This document shows positions 9,712-19,193 of a DNA stretch of 64,000 bases, piece after piece. Source of the stretch: a virus. The position numbers and the translations under genes were made by a program. The stretch is from positions 87,784-151,783 of IMG/VR virus record IMGVR_UViG_3300021373_002523, one strand, 5' to 3'. Every line of letters begins with the position of its first letter. Positions within the stretch are counted from its first letter, which is position 1. The notes under the pieces were generated by a model. That model had not been told where the DNA came from and made no database searches. It worked only from the letters and a program-made list of their open reading frames with translations.

Positions 9712-10998
9712 TTAACCTGATATTTCATCAGTTTCCGTTAACCTCATATGTTCATAATCAATGTTAAATTTACATCGTGAACCTTTTCCTTGACCGTCCC
9801 TAATCTTTAAAACCTTTAACCAATATTCTCTTTCTGCATGCATTATTGAATCTTGGATTAAAGCGTACATAACATCAGCAGTATGAGCAAGACCTGCTGA
9901 TTCTGCAATATTTTCCATTCTTACTTCAGTTGCATCCCATGCACCACGATTAATTTGTGTTGCAGATATAACTAACATATCCCTTTTAACTGCTAATGCT
10001 CGAAGATCTTCAGCAATCTGTTTAATCTTCATATAAGTATTTTCAGTATTAGGATTTCTATAATTGGCTAAGATATTTATATAATCAACAACCAATACAT
10101 TTACCTTATGATCCTGTGATTCTTCTAAATCTTTTAAGTAAGCTTCGATATCTGGGATAGTACCTTGTGATGTTGGGTATTCTTTTACAAATAATTTTCC
10201 TGGTGGTAATAATCCTCTAGAGACTTTCTCTAAACGGCGCTTCATATAATCTCTATTACTTGCATTTTTATCATAATCCATCATTGGGACATTTAATAAA
10301 TTTGCACCTATTCTTTTAAGTACCTTTTGTGCTGACATTTCTGCCGTAATAAAAACTACATTATGACCCATCCTAACAAAATTAGCTGCATCATTAGCTA
10401 ACCAAATAGATTTACCAATATTTTGTTCACCTGCATAAATAATTAAAGATTTAGAATCATAACCACCACCAGATACTCTATCTACAAAACCCCAGCCTGT
10501 TTCAATTTTTTTAGATGTTCTTTGTACGTGATCAGCAGGATTAAAAAAATCTAAACCTACATCAGTATCAAAATTAATAGAACCGTCTGTTGCAACCATA
10601 CCTATCGCACGATTCACAACATCTTCAACATTTTCTGGTGATACATCTTGAGTTTTTACATATTCAATAGTTCTTACTAATTGTTTATCAAAATGTTTCC
10701 ACTTAACCCACGCCTCTCCAGTTCTTTTTAACCAATCTTGATCATACTCTTGAATGTTAATATCATAAATAGAATTAACAATATCTGGAGATAGCTCTTC
10801 ATTAAAATCTTTAACTAAAGCTTTCATCTGTTCTTTAGATGGACTTTCACCAAATTTTAAATAAAAATCTTTTGCTTGTTTTGCAATTTGATCCAAATCA
10901 CGATTAGCAAAAAATCCTTTACCTGTACCTTTAAGATAATGAGGTTTTGTTAAAAAGTAATTAAAAAAGATTTTTTCGTGATCTATACTTGATTTCAT
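9712..10998 (-). CDS. gp41: Replicative DnaB-family helicase (gp41)
   Basis: AGEQNIGKS Walker A, FITAEMS, VKEYPT, VVDYINIL, SATQINR, AESAGLAHTAD, LKIRDG. Confidence 0.95.
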   Translation of the reverse strand: MKSSIDHEKIFFNYFLTKPHYLKGTGKGFFANRDLDQIAKQAKDFYLKFGESPSKEQMKALVKDFNEELSPDIVNSIYDINIQEYDQDWLKRTGEAWVKWKHFDKQLVRTIEYVKTQDVSPENVEDVVNRAIGMVATDGSINFDTDVGLDFFNPADHVQRTSKKIETGWGFVDRVSGGGYDSKSLIIYAGEQNIGKSIWLANDAANFVRMGHNVVFITAEMSAQKVLKRIGANLLNVPMMDYDKNASNRDYMKRRLEKVSRGLLPPGKLFVKEYPTSQGTIPDIEAYLKDLEESQDHKVNVLVVDYINILANYRNPNTENTYMKIKQIAEDLRALAVKRDMLVISATQINRGAWDATEVRMENIAESAGLAHTADVMYALIQDSIMHAEREYWLKVLKIRDGQGKGSRCKFNIDYEHMRLTETDEISG

Positions 10999-11010
10999 GT
11001 ATTTTTATTT

Positions 11011-11037
11011 TTATATGCTAAAAAACATAATTAGTTT
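11011..11037 (-). promoter_or_regulatory. Putative middle promoter (AAAC-N17-ATATAA) upstream of gp41
   Basis: Copy of the recurrent motif. Confidence 0.65.
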
Positions 11038-11341
11038 ACTGATAAGGATTATGTATAACTTCATAAGTTGTATAGGCAGAATTCTGTAAAGATATTTTTA
11101 AAAACTTATGCTTAAGTAATTCCTTTAAAAGAACATTACACTGTTCTTTAGATAAACTCCATCGTTTTGCCATCGAGACATCTGTAAATTTAATCTCTTT
11201 GGCAACCTTTCCACAATAGTCTCTGATTAATTCAAAAAGTATATCTTCAGCATCAGGATAATTTGGCTGTGATGTGTGGTTTCCTAATACATACTTTACT
11301 TTGAGCTTTGCAGTATTAAGAGTTTTCGGTAGCATCCTCAA
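11036..11341 (-). CDS. Small hypothetical protein, possible winged helix
   Basis: 101 aa; SMAKRWSLSKEQCNVLLKELLKHKFLKI followed by a short beta-hairpin fits a wHTH pattern. Start codon uncertain. Confidence 0.45.
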   Translation of the reverse strand: MRMLPKTLNTAKLKVKYVLGNHTSQPNYPDAEDILFELIRDYCGKVAKEIKFTDVSMAKRWSLSKEQCNVLLKELLKHKFLKISLQNSAYTTYEVIHNPYQ

Positions 11342-12524
11342 CAGTTTCAGTGATTATATCAGCCAGTTCATTTTTATCAAGTTCTTCACCTCCATAAGTA
11401 AATTTCTCGGCAACAATAGGTTCTAACATTTTTAGTACATCTTCAGTTAAAACTTCAGGTGTATATAATTTACTTAATTCAACTGAGTCATTTAAATGCT
11501 TAACACAAATCTTACGAGCAGTTGCTGCAGGCTGAAAATAAACAGTAACATCTTTACCGTCTTTATTAAAAGAATGTTCACGGCATTCAGCTTTACCTAC
11601 TTCGGTTAATTTTTTAAATGCGCCTTCGGTGATAAACCTACCTCTTTCAATACCACAAGTATCCCAACTAATATATTCTTCTAAACCTACATAAGGATTC
11701 ATACCTTTGTTAAAAGAAATATGGAATTTAATATTTGTTGGTTTTGCAAATCTATTTTTATTAGGTTTTGCAGTTACTATAATTCCTGTTTGTTCTACAC
11801 CTTCTTTAAGTTTAGCTTTACCTAAAAATAATATAATTGATGCAGCATATTCTGGCCCAGTTCCTCCACCACCAACTTGTCTTGAGAAAAGATCTTGTGT
11901 TTGGTATGTATGATTAGAGAATAGGAATGGAATTTTACAAATACCAAACTGAGTCATAATGATTCTAAAAGTAGACTTTAGTAATTTTGCTCTTGTCATA
12001 TCAGCTTTACTACTTCCAGTTTTTGCATCATCAATTTCTTTTTGTGTTGCAAGGTTACCTGCAGAATCTAACACCACCATAATTTTAGGTAATTCAATTC
12101 CTTTTTTCTTTTGCTCAATTAAAACATCAGTAATAGCAGTAACTGAACTTCTAAATTCTTGAACCGTATTACAAGGTTCATACCTAAATTTAGATGCATC
12201 AATTCCAAACTTTTCAACTAATCTTTTATCTACTGCATTTTCTGAATCATAAAAGATAATGCTATATCCTTGTTGCTGTGCTTGTTTAATTGCATTAAGA
12301 ATAAGATAAGTTTTACCAGTTCCTGAAGGCCCTGCTAATGCAACCGCTCTATTATTAGGATATCCACCAAACAGAGAGCCTGTTAAACATGCATTAAGAT
12401 GAAAGTTACCTGTTGGTATATAATGATCAATTTCTGAAATTGTTGATTTATCTAAAGTATCACCGTACTCGGAGATCTTTGACATTTCTTTATTTAAATC
12501 TGCGAATGAAAATTCCTTTGCCAT
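11316..12524 (-). CDS. uvsX: RecA-like recombinase UvsX
   Basis: IPTG...LNACLTG, AGPSGTGKT, YDSE, VLDSAGNL, DMTRAK, NHTY, GGGTGPEYAAS, KNRF. Confidence 0.95.
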   Translation of the reverse strand: MAKEFSFADLNKEMSKISEYGDTLDKSTISEIDHYIPTGNFHLNACLTGSLFGGYPNNRAVALAGPSGTGKTYLILNAIKQAQQQGYSIIFYDSENAVDKRLVEKFGIDASKFRYEPCNTVQEFRSSVTAITDVLIEQKKKGIELPKIMVVLDSAGNLATQKEIDDAKTGSSKADMTRAKLLKSTFRIIMTQFGICKIPFLFSNHTYQTQDLFSRQVGGGGTGPEYAASIILFLGKAKLKEGVEQTGIIVTAKPNKNRFAKPTNIKFHISFNKGMNPYVGLEEYISWDTCGIERGRFITEGAFKKLTEVGKAECREHSFNKDGKDVTVYFQPAATARKICVKHLNDSVELSKLYTPEVLTEDVLKMLEPIVAEKFTYGGEELDKNELADIITETVEDATENS

Positions 12525-12542
12525 ATTATTTTTTGTTTATTT

Positions 12543-12568
12543 TTATATGTAAAAATTATGATTTGTTT
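12543..12568 (-). promoter_or_regulatory. Putative middle promoter (AAAC-N16-ATATAA) upstream of uvsX
   Basis: Copy of the recurrent motif. Confidence 0.6.
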
Positions 12569-13449
12569 AAGTTTAATCTCTTTTCAATTAAAGGTTTCCA
12601 ATATCTTTGTATTGCATATTTCCAATCCAATTTTTCAGTAAGCTCATCATATACATCATTAACATATTTTTCTAATTGAGCAGGATCTGAATTTAATTCG
12701 TTTATAATTTTTACTGCTTCATCAACTGTACTAAAAGTTTTTATACTCTTAAATCTTGATGCAAAACCTACAGGTGTAGATATTACTGGTATTTTACAAA
12801 AGGCTGCTTCGGCTATCCCATAAGGACCTGCTTCATGAGTACTAGTGCAAACATACATATCAATATCTTTATAAAGATTATGGTGTTCATTAAGATCTCG
12901 GTTGTTTATAAATTCTGGTGAACATCGTACTTGTTTACAAATATCTACAAACATTTGTGGCCTTTTAACCAAATCCCAACCTTTATTAACAAAAGGAATA
13001 CCATTTAAGCCTAAGGTTCTTATCTTATCTATTTTTCGTGTTGGATAAAAATGTTCTGAGTTTACGCCAGCAACAGCAAATTCTGCATCTATGTTAAAAT
13101 GCCTTTTTAGCGCCATTGCTATTTCTCCAGTCGGAGCAGCCCAAAGAATATCTTTGCTCTCACCGATTACTTCAATAAAATGATTACCTTCTAATTTAGG
13201 TTCTGCCCAACATACGCATATACATTTTTTATGAAAAGCTGGATCATTAATATAATTGGAAATAACACCGTTACTTAGTATAGCATCATATTCCTTCCAT
13301 GTATTATTAAATGATTGAACATCATTGGTATTATTCCAATCAAAAATAGTAAAGTCATAATCATCACTAAGATGGTTTACAACTTCACTATGAATTCTAC
13401 CTATAGACCAATCGGTCTGATTAAATATTGCTAGCCTTGGTTTTTTTTT
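12556..13449 (-). CDS. Second GT-B (GT4-like) glycosyltransferase domain, apparently reached by a -1 frameshift from the upstream GT gene
   Basis: The frame is open from 13458 but has no ATG until 13116. The skipped 111 codons (KKKPRLAIFNQTDWSIGRIHSEVV...) look like the GT-B N-terminal strand/helix. The C-terminal part has TSTHEAGPYGIAEAAFCKIPVISTPVG (EX7E motif). Confidence 0.75.
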   Translation of the reverse strand, partial: KKKPRLAIFNQTDWSIGRIHSEVVNHLSDDYDFTIFDWNNTNDVQSFNNTWKEYDAILSNGVISNYINDPAFHKKCICVCWAEPKLEGNHFIEVIGESKDILWAAPTGEIAMALKRHFNIDAEFAVAGVNSEHFYPTRKIDKIRTLGLNGIPFVNKGWDLVKRPQMFVDICKQVRCSPEFINNRDLNEHHNLYKDIDMYVCTSTHEAGPYGIAEAAFCKIPVISTPVGFASRFKSIKTFSTVDEAVKIINELNSDPAQLEKYVNDVYDELTEKLDWKYAIQRYWKPLIEKRLNLNKS

Positions 13450-14615
13450 GAAGAAGCATCAGGATGTCCTTGGTGCTCTAACCACTCATTAGTATAAATT
13501 GATGAATCATCAATATGATACCATCCTTGCCCTTGGAAAATATTTCTAACATCAGTAAAGAATTTTTCATACTTAGGAGCAATAGCTTCTAAAGAAAACT
13601 TTTCTCCATGTGCTCTACAGTCTTCGGATTTAATTTTTCCATCTAAGCAATTTTTGGCAGCTCTAACAAAATCATCAAAGGTTCTACATCTGTACCCAGT
13701 AACACCTTCAATATTATTTTCTGCAAATGCACCCCAGTCAGTAGTAATAGTTGGAGTACCAGAAAGTAAGTTTTCAATTTGAACTCCACCAAAAGGTTCT
13801 ACATACATTGATGCTAAGAAGGATGCTTTAGCACCTTTCATTAATTCTTTTCTTTTTTCTAAGCCAGCATACCCTACAAATTCAACATGATCTGGCCAAA
13901 CAAAATCAGGTTCTGCATAGTGTCCGGATAATTGCCCAGCAACTTTTAATTTAACACCTAATGCTTGTGTTACTTGTATTGCAATATTAACACCTTTGCC
14001 ATCATAAACTCTACCTACAAATAAAAAGTAATCTTCCTTTTTATCATTGTACTCAAATTCATCTAAATCAAAATAGTTAGGAATTACAATGTCATACCAT
14101 TTTTGATTACATGTACCTATATTTGGTAATCCACACCATGCATGATATATTGCATAAGATTCAAATATTTTAAAGTCAGCCCAGTGCCCATCAGCATAAC
14201 CGATTCCTGGCTCAATTACAATAAGATCATTATGAGCATCACATATAGCTCTTACACCATGACCCCAAAATGGTAAAATAATATCACCGGGTTGTTTTCT
14301 TTTTTCTATTTCAGCTATCGCATTTTTGTAAAATGTTTGATATGCTTTATCATTTATATCAAAGGTAAATAACTTACTTTGATAATCATGATCACCATAA
14401 ACTTCATTCCACTCTTCAGTGCTAATTACAGGTATAAGTTCATCCGCCTCAGGATTTGATTCTTCATGACCATAATGCATTAAGTAATGCCCTCTACCTT
14501 TCATCATTTTACAAAACTTCCATACTTTCATAGTATATGCACAAGCTGTAAAATCCTTAGTAGTTTTAGTATGAGGTAAACCTAATAAGTGTATTCTAAA
14601 TTGTTGTTTCGCCAT
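13431..14615 (-). CDS. Glycosyltransferase family 4 (GT-B)
   Basis: LFVGRVYDGKGV, EPFGGVQIENLLSGTPTITTDWGAFAE (EX7E motif). Confidence 0.9.
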   Translation of the reverse strand: MAKQQFRIHLLGLPHTKTTKDFTACAYTMKVWKFCKMMKGRGHYLMHYGHEESNPEADELIPVISTEEWNEVYGDHDYQSKLFTFDINDKAYQTFYKNAIAEIEKRKQPGDIILPFWGHGVRAICDAHNDLIVIEPGIGYADGHWADFKIFESYAIYHAWCGLPNIGTCNQKWYDIVIPNYFDLDEFEYNDKKEDYFLFVGRVYDGKGVNIAIQVTQALGVKLKVAGQLSGHYAEPDFVWPDHVEFVGYAGLEKRKELMKGAKASFLASMYVEPFGGVQIENLLSGTPTITTDWGAFAENNIEGVTGYRCRTFDDFVRAAKNCLDGKIKSEDCRAHGEKFSLEAIAPKYEKFFTDVRNIFQGQGWYHIDDSSIYTNEWLEHQGHPDASSKKNQG

Positions 14616-14645
14616 TTTTTTATAATTTTTTTATTTATTTATGTC

Positions 14646-15770
14646 TTAAAAAAGACTAGTCGTATAAATGAGGTTTCGGTTAAATGCCTTAAAGCCCATT
14701 GCAGTAACTACACGATTTATAGGATCAAGTATAGTTTTTTCAAACTGTCTATCATGATCAATCTCTGGTGCAAATTCATAAGGATAATCACCAGGCGCAA
14801 ATGCAAATACATCACAAGATTTATCTTTTGAGAAATACATTTTACACTTTTCTCCATTTCCTAGCGGTTGATATTTACCTTTAGATGAAGAATTGTTTAA
14901 TAAGTAATTATGATAACCTGCAGATCTAACGCCGATTGGACATCTTGATGCAAATTCAAATTGTTCATAATCGTTTACAATATACTTTTGATAATTATTT
15001 ACTTTTCTAGAAAAACAAATTTGATCTACATTTGCTAATTTAAATTGCCTTTTTATATCTTTAAGAAGAGCAGCAAATTCTTTCATATCTAATTTATCAA
15101 CTGAAAAAATATATGTTAGCAGATCCTTAAGTTTTTCTCTAGCAAATATTGGGGTTGATGATTGAATAATTTCAAAACCTTTTGAACTAATTTTAGAAAG
15201 ATCTTCATAATGAATGTCAGGATCCTTCCAAACAATATTTTGCATATACTTTTTCTTTGCCAACCATATTGCATTTTTGGCAATACTTTCTAATTCGAAA
15301 GATAAAAAGTTTTCTGCATTGTTATCATCAGCATATTTTTGAAGTATTTTTTCTAAATAACCATTAACCCTAACTTTATATAATTTAAGAATGAATTCTT
15401 TTTCATCACCTTCCCAACCTTCACTCTTTTTAATTACTTCATCAAATTTTACATATACTGAATCTGTATCAATATAAATACCTACAGGATTTTCAATTCT
15501 ACCAGTTACAGTAATTCCCATTTCTTTATGAGCTGCGATATCTTTATGCCAATATTGTGTAAAGTATTTATTAAGTAATTCTTCAGTATAAAGAATTGCA
15601 TCTTTACCTTGTAATGTAATCGTTTCTGCAATGTCTACATTAAAGAAATAGAAATAAGGATTACCAAATGCTCCATAAATAGAGTTAAGCATTAATTTAA
15701 CTGCTTGCTCATAATTATAAAATTTACTAGCTTCTTTCTTTATTTTTTGTAATTCAGTCAGTTCAGTCAT
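14646..15770 (-). CDS. gp43B: Family B DNA polymerase, C-terminal subunit (gp43B: motifs B and C, thumb)
   Basis: KLMLNSIYGAFGN (motif B), YIDTDSVY (motif C), AKKKY, KGFEIIQSSTP. Lacks the exonuclease domain and motif A. Confidence 0.92.
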   Translation of the reverse strand: MTELTELQKIKKEASKFYNYEQAVKLMLNSIYGAFGNPYFYFFNVDIAETITLQGKDAILYTEELLNKYFTQYWHKDIAAHKEMGITVTGRIENPVGIYIDTDSVYVKFDEVIKKSEGWEGDEKEFILKLYKVRVNGYLEKILQKYADDNNAENFLSFELESIAKNAIWLAKKKYMQNIVWKDPDIHYEDLSKISSKGFEIIQSSTPIFAREKLKDLLTYIFSVDKLDMKEFAALLKDIKRQFKLANVDQICFSRKVNNYQKYIVNDYEQFEFASRCPIGVRSAGYHNYLLNNSSSKGKYQPLGNGEKCKMYFSKDKSCDVFAFAPGDYPYEFAPEIDHDRQFEKTILDPINRVVTAMGFKAFNRNLIYTTSLF

Positions 15771-16012
15771 TATGCATTCAGTTCCAGTTCAGTTGCGTTA
15801 TAAGTTTGCTTTATTATTAATTGTTCACCGTTATTAAAATGCAGTGTACTTTTTGTTTCATCATATGTACCTGTGACTGGATTATAATAAGGTGTTGCTA
15901 ATGTTACATCATCCTCTTGGTAGGTACAGTCGTTTTCAATAAACTGAATGCTATCAGTACCGTTGGATGTAGTAATTTTTGGCAAAAGTAGTGTTTTAAT
16001 TTTAAATGCCAT
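15770..16012 (-). CDS. Hypothetical protein
   Basis: 80-aa ORF whose stop overlaps the gp43B start; has its own upstream promoter motif. Confidence 0.6.
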   Translation of the reverse strand: MAFKIKTLLLPKITTSNGTDSIQFIENDCTYQEDDVTLATPYYNPVTGTYDETKSTLHFNNGEQLIIKQTYNATELELNA

Positions 16013-16029
16013 AATGATTTATTTTATTT

Positions 16030-16055
16030 TTATATGGTATAATATTAAAAAGTTT
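16030..16055 (-). promoter_or_regulatory. Putative middle promoter (AAAC-N16-ATATAA) driving ORF80-gp43B
   Basis: Copy of the recurrent motif. Confidence 0.6.
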
Positions 16056-16060
16056 AAGAT

Positions 16061-16092
16061 AGAAAAGGCATCCCCTAAAGAGATGCCTTTCA
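16061..16092 (-). terminator. Rho-independent terminator after the clamp gene
   Basis: Minus strand GAAAGGCATCTC-TTTA-GGGGATGCCTTTTCT hairpin. Confidence 0.75.
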
Positions 16093-16114
16093 TGTTTAGT
16101 AAAATAAATTAGTT

Positions 16115-16864
16115 TTAGTCTTCATCAGTAATTGCAACTGCTACTGTTAAATGAGTGTTTGTATCTAAAGATCTAAATACAACTTTATTGCTGCATACTA
16201 CTACTCTATAATTTTCTTTATCCAAAAGATTAATATACTTTTTGTAAATAACAACTTTTTGTCCTACTGCATCTTCTCCTTCGTATGTATGTGCTAAAGT
16301 AGCATCATAAGAAAGACCTTGTACTGCAACACCTTTATCATTAACTGCTAAAGTAAATGTATCTTCTTCTCTTTCTAAATTAAATAGAGATTTCATTTTA
16401 TCTACATGAGTAGTAAGAAGATCAAATTCAAAAATACTACCTTCAGTACCAAATGCACGATCTGTTTCTTCTTTACTCATTTCCATAAATGATAAAGATG
16501 GATCTGCACATGCTAAATTAATCTGAAGATCATCATTAGCCAATGTAAAATCACTTGCCATTAATTCACCGTCAATTTCTGAATATTTAATCTTTCCTTG
16601 TACATCACCATTAAAATGAGATAGTGCATCTATAACTTTTGTACCGTTATAAAAACTAACTTTTACAGGATCAGTAATTTCTGTATCAAAGATATCAGAA
16701 GTTGGAGTTGATACTAGTTTCACTGCATCCCTCTCAGGGAAGTACACAGATGAAACGGTTCCTTCTTTACCAATTTTCATAAATATAAATTTATCAATCG
16801 GTAAAAGCTTTTTGACGAATGTACTTAATTCGTAACCGTCAATCTTTTTAATTGTTGCTTCCAT
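16115..16864 (-). CDS. Probable DNA sliding clamp (gp45-like)
   Basis: 249 aa, acidic, two-domain alpha/beta pattern, C-terminal LLDKENYRVVV...VVFRS...TVAVA; replication-gene context. Confidence 0.6.
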   Translation of the reverse strand: MEATIKKIDGYELSTFVKKLLPIDKFIFMKIGKEGTVSSVYFPERDAVKLVSTPTSDIFDTEITDPVKVSFYNGTKVIDALSHFNGDVQGKIKYSEIDGELMASDFTLANDDLQINLACADPSLSFMEMSKEETDRAFGTEGSIFEFDLLTTHVDKMKSLFNLEREEDTFTLAVNDKGVAVQGLSYDATLAHTYEGEDAVGQKVVIYKKYINLLDKENYRVVVCSNKVVFRSLDTNTHLTVAVAITDED

Positions 16865-16886
16865 TAATTTTTGTTTTTGTTTATTT

Positions 16887-16912
16887 TTATATGCATTAAT
16901 CTTAAATAGTTT
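16887..16912 (-). promoter_or_regulatory. Putative middle promoter (AAAC-N16-ATATAA) upstream of the clamp gene
   Basis: Copy of the recurrent motif. Confidence 0.6.
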
Positions 16913-18174
16913 TAAAAAGTACTATTAACTTTATACTTCTTTTTTGGTGCAGCACCTAATTCTTCTGTTACTAAAATTTTCTGTTTAGTATTATCTTGCT
17001 TCATAAAGGTAAAGTTTGTCATTTTAGATTCACCTCTACAGAATTTTTTAACTTCATCTGCCATATCCATTGCAGTAGTCACAGGTACATTTTGAGCAAT
17101 ATGATTTACTTGACCTGAATGTTCTATACCAAAATCTAAAGGTAATCCCATTAAATGTAGCATCTCTCTAATGTTTAAATACCTATCCTCTACTGGGTGA
17201 ACTCCATTAAACATATTTCTACCAATAAGAGCAGAAAAGCTTTCATTAAAGAAGTGTGGTGATGCATCCCAATAACCCAAACCTTGGCTAGTCTTATACT
17301 GCTGATGCTCTAGCATATCAGAAAAAGTTTTTGTAGACTTTTTATTTGAAAAACCTTGCTTAGGATAATTTTTATTGAGCCATTGAATACATTCATCAAT
17401 TAAATCATTTGCTTCTAAGTATTGTGCAATTGTACCCTTCTTAAATTTAGCAGCAAATTCTTTATGACTTAATCCTTCCTTTTGTAAAACAAATTCATAA
17501 GGCCTATAATGTTCTGTAACTTTACCATCTACCATAAACATATCTTGGTGAGTGGCGTCTTTTGGAATTTCATTAAGATAATCAATAAGATTTTTCTTCT
17601 CTCTAAATTTCCAATTTAACAAAGGTACCGTTGGTGTATTCCAAAAGAAGTAAAAAGTTCTTATTCTTCTTTGAGGTATTCCATGCAATTCAGTATTAGT
17701 TTTGATTAAAGAAAAACTATAACCATATTTACGACCTATTTCTTTAAGTCTTTCAACAACACCTTCTCCCATTTTTGTAAATAAGCCTGGTGCATTTTCA
17801 CCCCAAAGAACTTTAGGTTTTACATTTTCTAAAATATACTCTGATGAATCATACATCCATTTGTTTTGTGTAGCACCTGAACCACGAGATGCCGCTGTAC
17901 CTCTCGCAGAATTTAACTGGGATAAGCCTGCACAAGGGCATACTGAATTTACATAATCTACCTCTTCAAATGTTTGATTAGGAATTTCTAGATCTTCATG
18001 ATCCAATCTATACATTGGTACATCTGGCCAATATTTTTCAATATGACTTTCATTAGCAGCAAATGCTTCATAACTTAAATGAAAAGCTGGATCTACACCT
18101 GCTGATTTTTTACATCCTATGGCACTACCTCCTATAAGAGGGATTATAGTACCCCATTTTAATTCTTTACTCAT
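16912..18174 (-). CDS. DNA cytosine-C5 methyltransferase-fold enzyme with atypical SAM-binding motifs
   Basis: Motif IV CPCAGLS, VI GENAPGL, VIII HGIPQRRIRTF and IX RYLNIREMLHLMGLP are intact. Motif I is IIPLIGG (not FxGxGG) and motif X is AQNVPV (not GNxV). Confidence 0.85.
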   Translation of the reverse strand: MSKELKWGTIIPLIGGSAIGCKKSAGVDPAFHLSYEAFAANESHIEKYWPDVPMYRLDHEDLEIPNQTFEEVDYVNSVCPCAGLSQLNSARGTAASRGSGATQNKWMYDSSEYILENVKPKVLWGENAPGLFTKMGEGVVERLKEIGRKYGYSFSLIKTNTELHGIPQRRIRTFYFFWNTPTVPLLNWKFREKKNLIDYLNEIPKDATHQDMFMVDGKVTEHYRPYEFVLQKEGLSHKEFAAKFKKGTIAQYLEANDLIDECIQWLNKNYPKQGFSNKKSTKTFSDMLEHQQYKTSQGLGYWDASPHFFNESFSALIGRNMFNGVHPVEDRYLNIREMLHLMGLPLDFGIEHSGQVNHIAQNVPVTTAMDMADEVKKFCRGESKMTNFTFMKQDNTKQKILVTEELGAAPKKKYKVNSTF

Positions 18175-19193
18175 ATTTTTACTTTTTCAATTTCCAAATC
18201 TTCCATAAAAGTTAAAGGATCTATTGTACCTTCTTTAATCTCTTCTTCTAAATAAACAATAGTTTCTTTAATAGTATCTTTTATATCTTTTTTAGGCTCC
18301 CATCCCATTGATTTAGCTTTAGATATATCACCTCTAATATTTAATGCTTCACCTGCAATTGGATCATAATGATCAAAAGGTACTTCACCTACTTCCATTA
18401 TTTCCCCAATCATATTTTTAAGTTCCATTAAATTAGTCATTTTACCAGTTCCTAAATTAAATGTTTGGTTAGCTGTATTTTCATTTTCCATACAAAGAAT
18501 ATGAAATGCATTTACATCTGCAACATCTATATAATCTCTTGCTTTCATATAATCCCCAAACACAATAGGATTATGGCCACCTTTAATTCTTAAAATAAAT
18601 CCTGCAAATACTGGAGGAATAGTTCTGTTATAATCTTGCAAAGGGCCTGCAACATTAAAGTATCTTAATGCTGTATAATTTAATCCTTTAGTTCTATGAT
18701 AAGATTCAGCCAATAAAGCAAGGCATGCCTTTGTTGTAGAATAAATTGTGGTAGGGTCTGATTGTGTTTCATTAAATCCTGCATCTGGCATTTCACAATT
18801 TTCATACACAGCAGAAGTTTCACTAAAGATAATTCTTTTTACCCCAGCCTTTACACAACCGTTCATTACATTAATACTCCCTAAGATATTGTTATCTACT
18901 GCTTCATAAGGATCTTCATTACAGTCATAGATAGAAACAAGACCAGCAAAATGATAAACATAATCAGGTTTAAATTCCTCTATAATGTTTTCCACATATT
19001 GATTTCTAATATCTACCTTATGAAAATTTTCAATTTGATCATGGACTTTAGGAATATAAGTTCCGTGTTCCATATTATCTACAACAGCAATGCATTTAGG
19101 ATTATGCCCTCTGTTTAATAAGTCGTTAATAAAATTTGTACCAACGAACCCAGCTCCACCGGTAACTAGGATTTTAGTGTTTGAATTATACAT
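18171..19193 (-). CDS. NAD-dependent NDP-sugar epimerase/dehydratase (extended SDR)
   Basis: LVTGGAGFVG, HFAG, YSTTK (YxxxK), LRYFNVAGP, RDYIDVADV, FNLGTG. Confidence 0.92.
   Translation of the reverse strand: MYNSNTKILVTGGAGFVGTNFINDLLNRGHNPKCIAVVDNMEHGTYIPKVHDQIENFHKVDIRNQYVENIIEEFKPDYVYHFAGLVSIYDCNEDPYEAVDNNILGSINVMNGCVKAGVKRIIFSETSAVYENCEMPDAGFNETQSDPTTIYSTTKACLALLAESYHRTKGLNYTALRYFNVAGPLQDYNRTIPPVFAGFILRIKGGHNPIVFGDYMKARDYIDVADVNAFHILCMENENTANQTFNLGTGKMTNLMELKNMIGEIMEVGEVPFDHYDPIAGEALNIRGDISKAKSMGWEPKKDIKDTIKETIVYLEEEIKEGTIDPLTFMEDLEIEKVKI

Noticed and set aside
13420-13459. ATG at 13459 as the start of the second GT
   Set aside because: That ATG is in the +1 frame and closes after 12 codons (MLLQKKTKASNI*).
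16912-18174. Ordinary restriction-modification methyltransferase
   Set aside because: No cognate endonuclease is adjacent, the SAM motifs are atypical, and it is coupled to sugar genes. A plain orphan MTase remains possible but is not the best reading.
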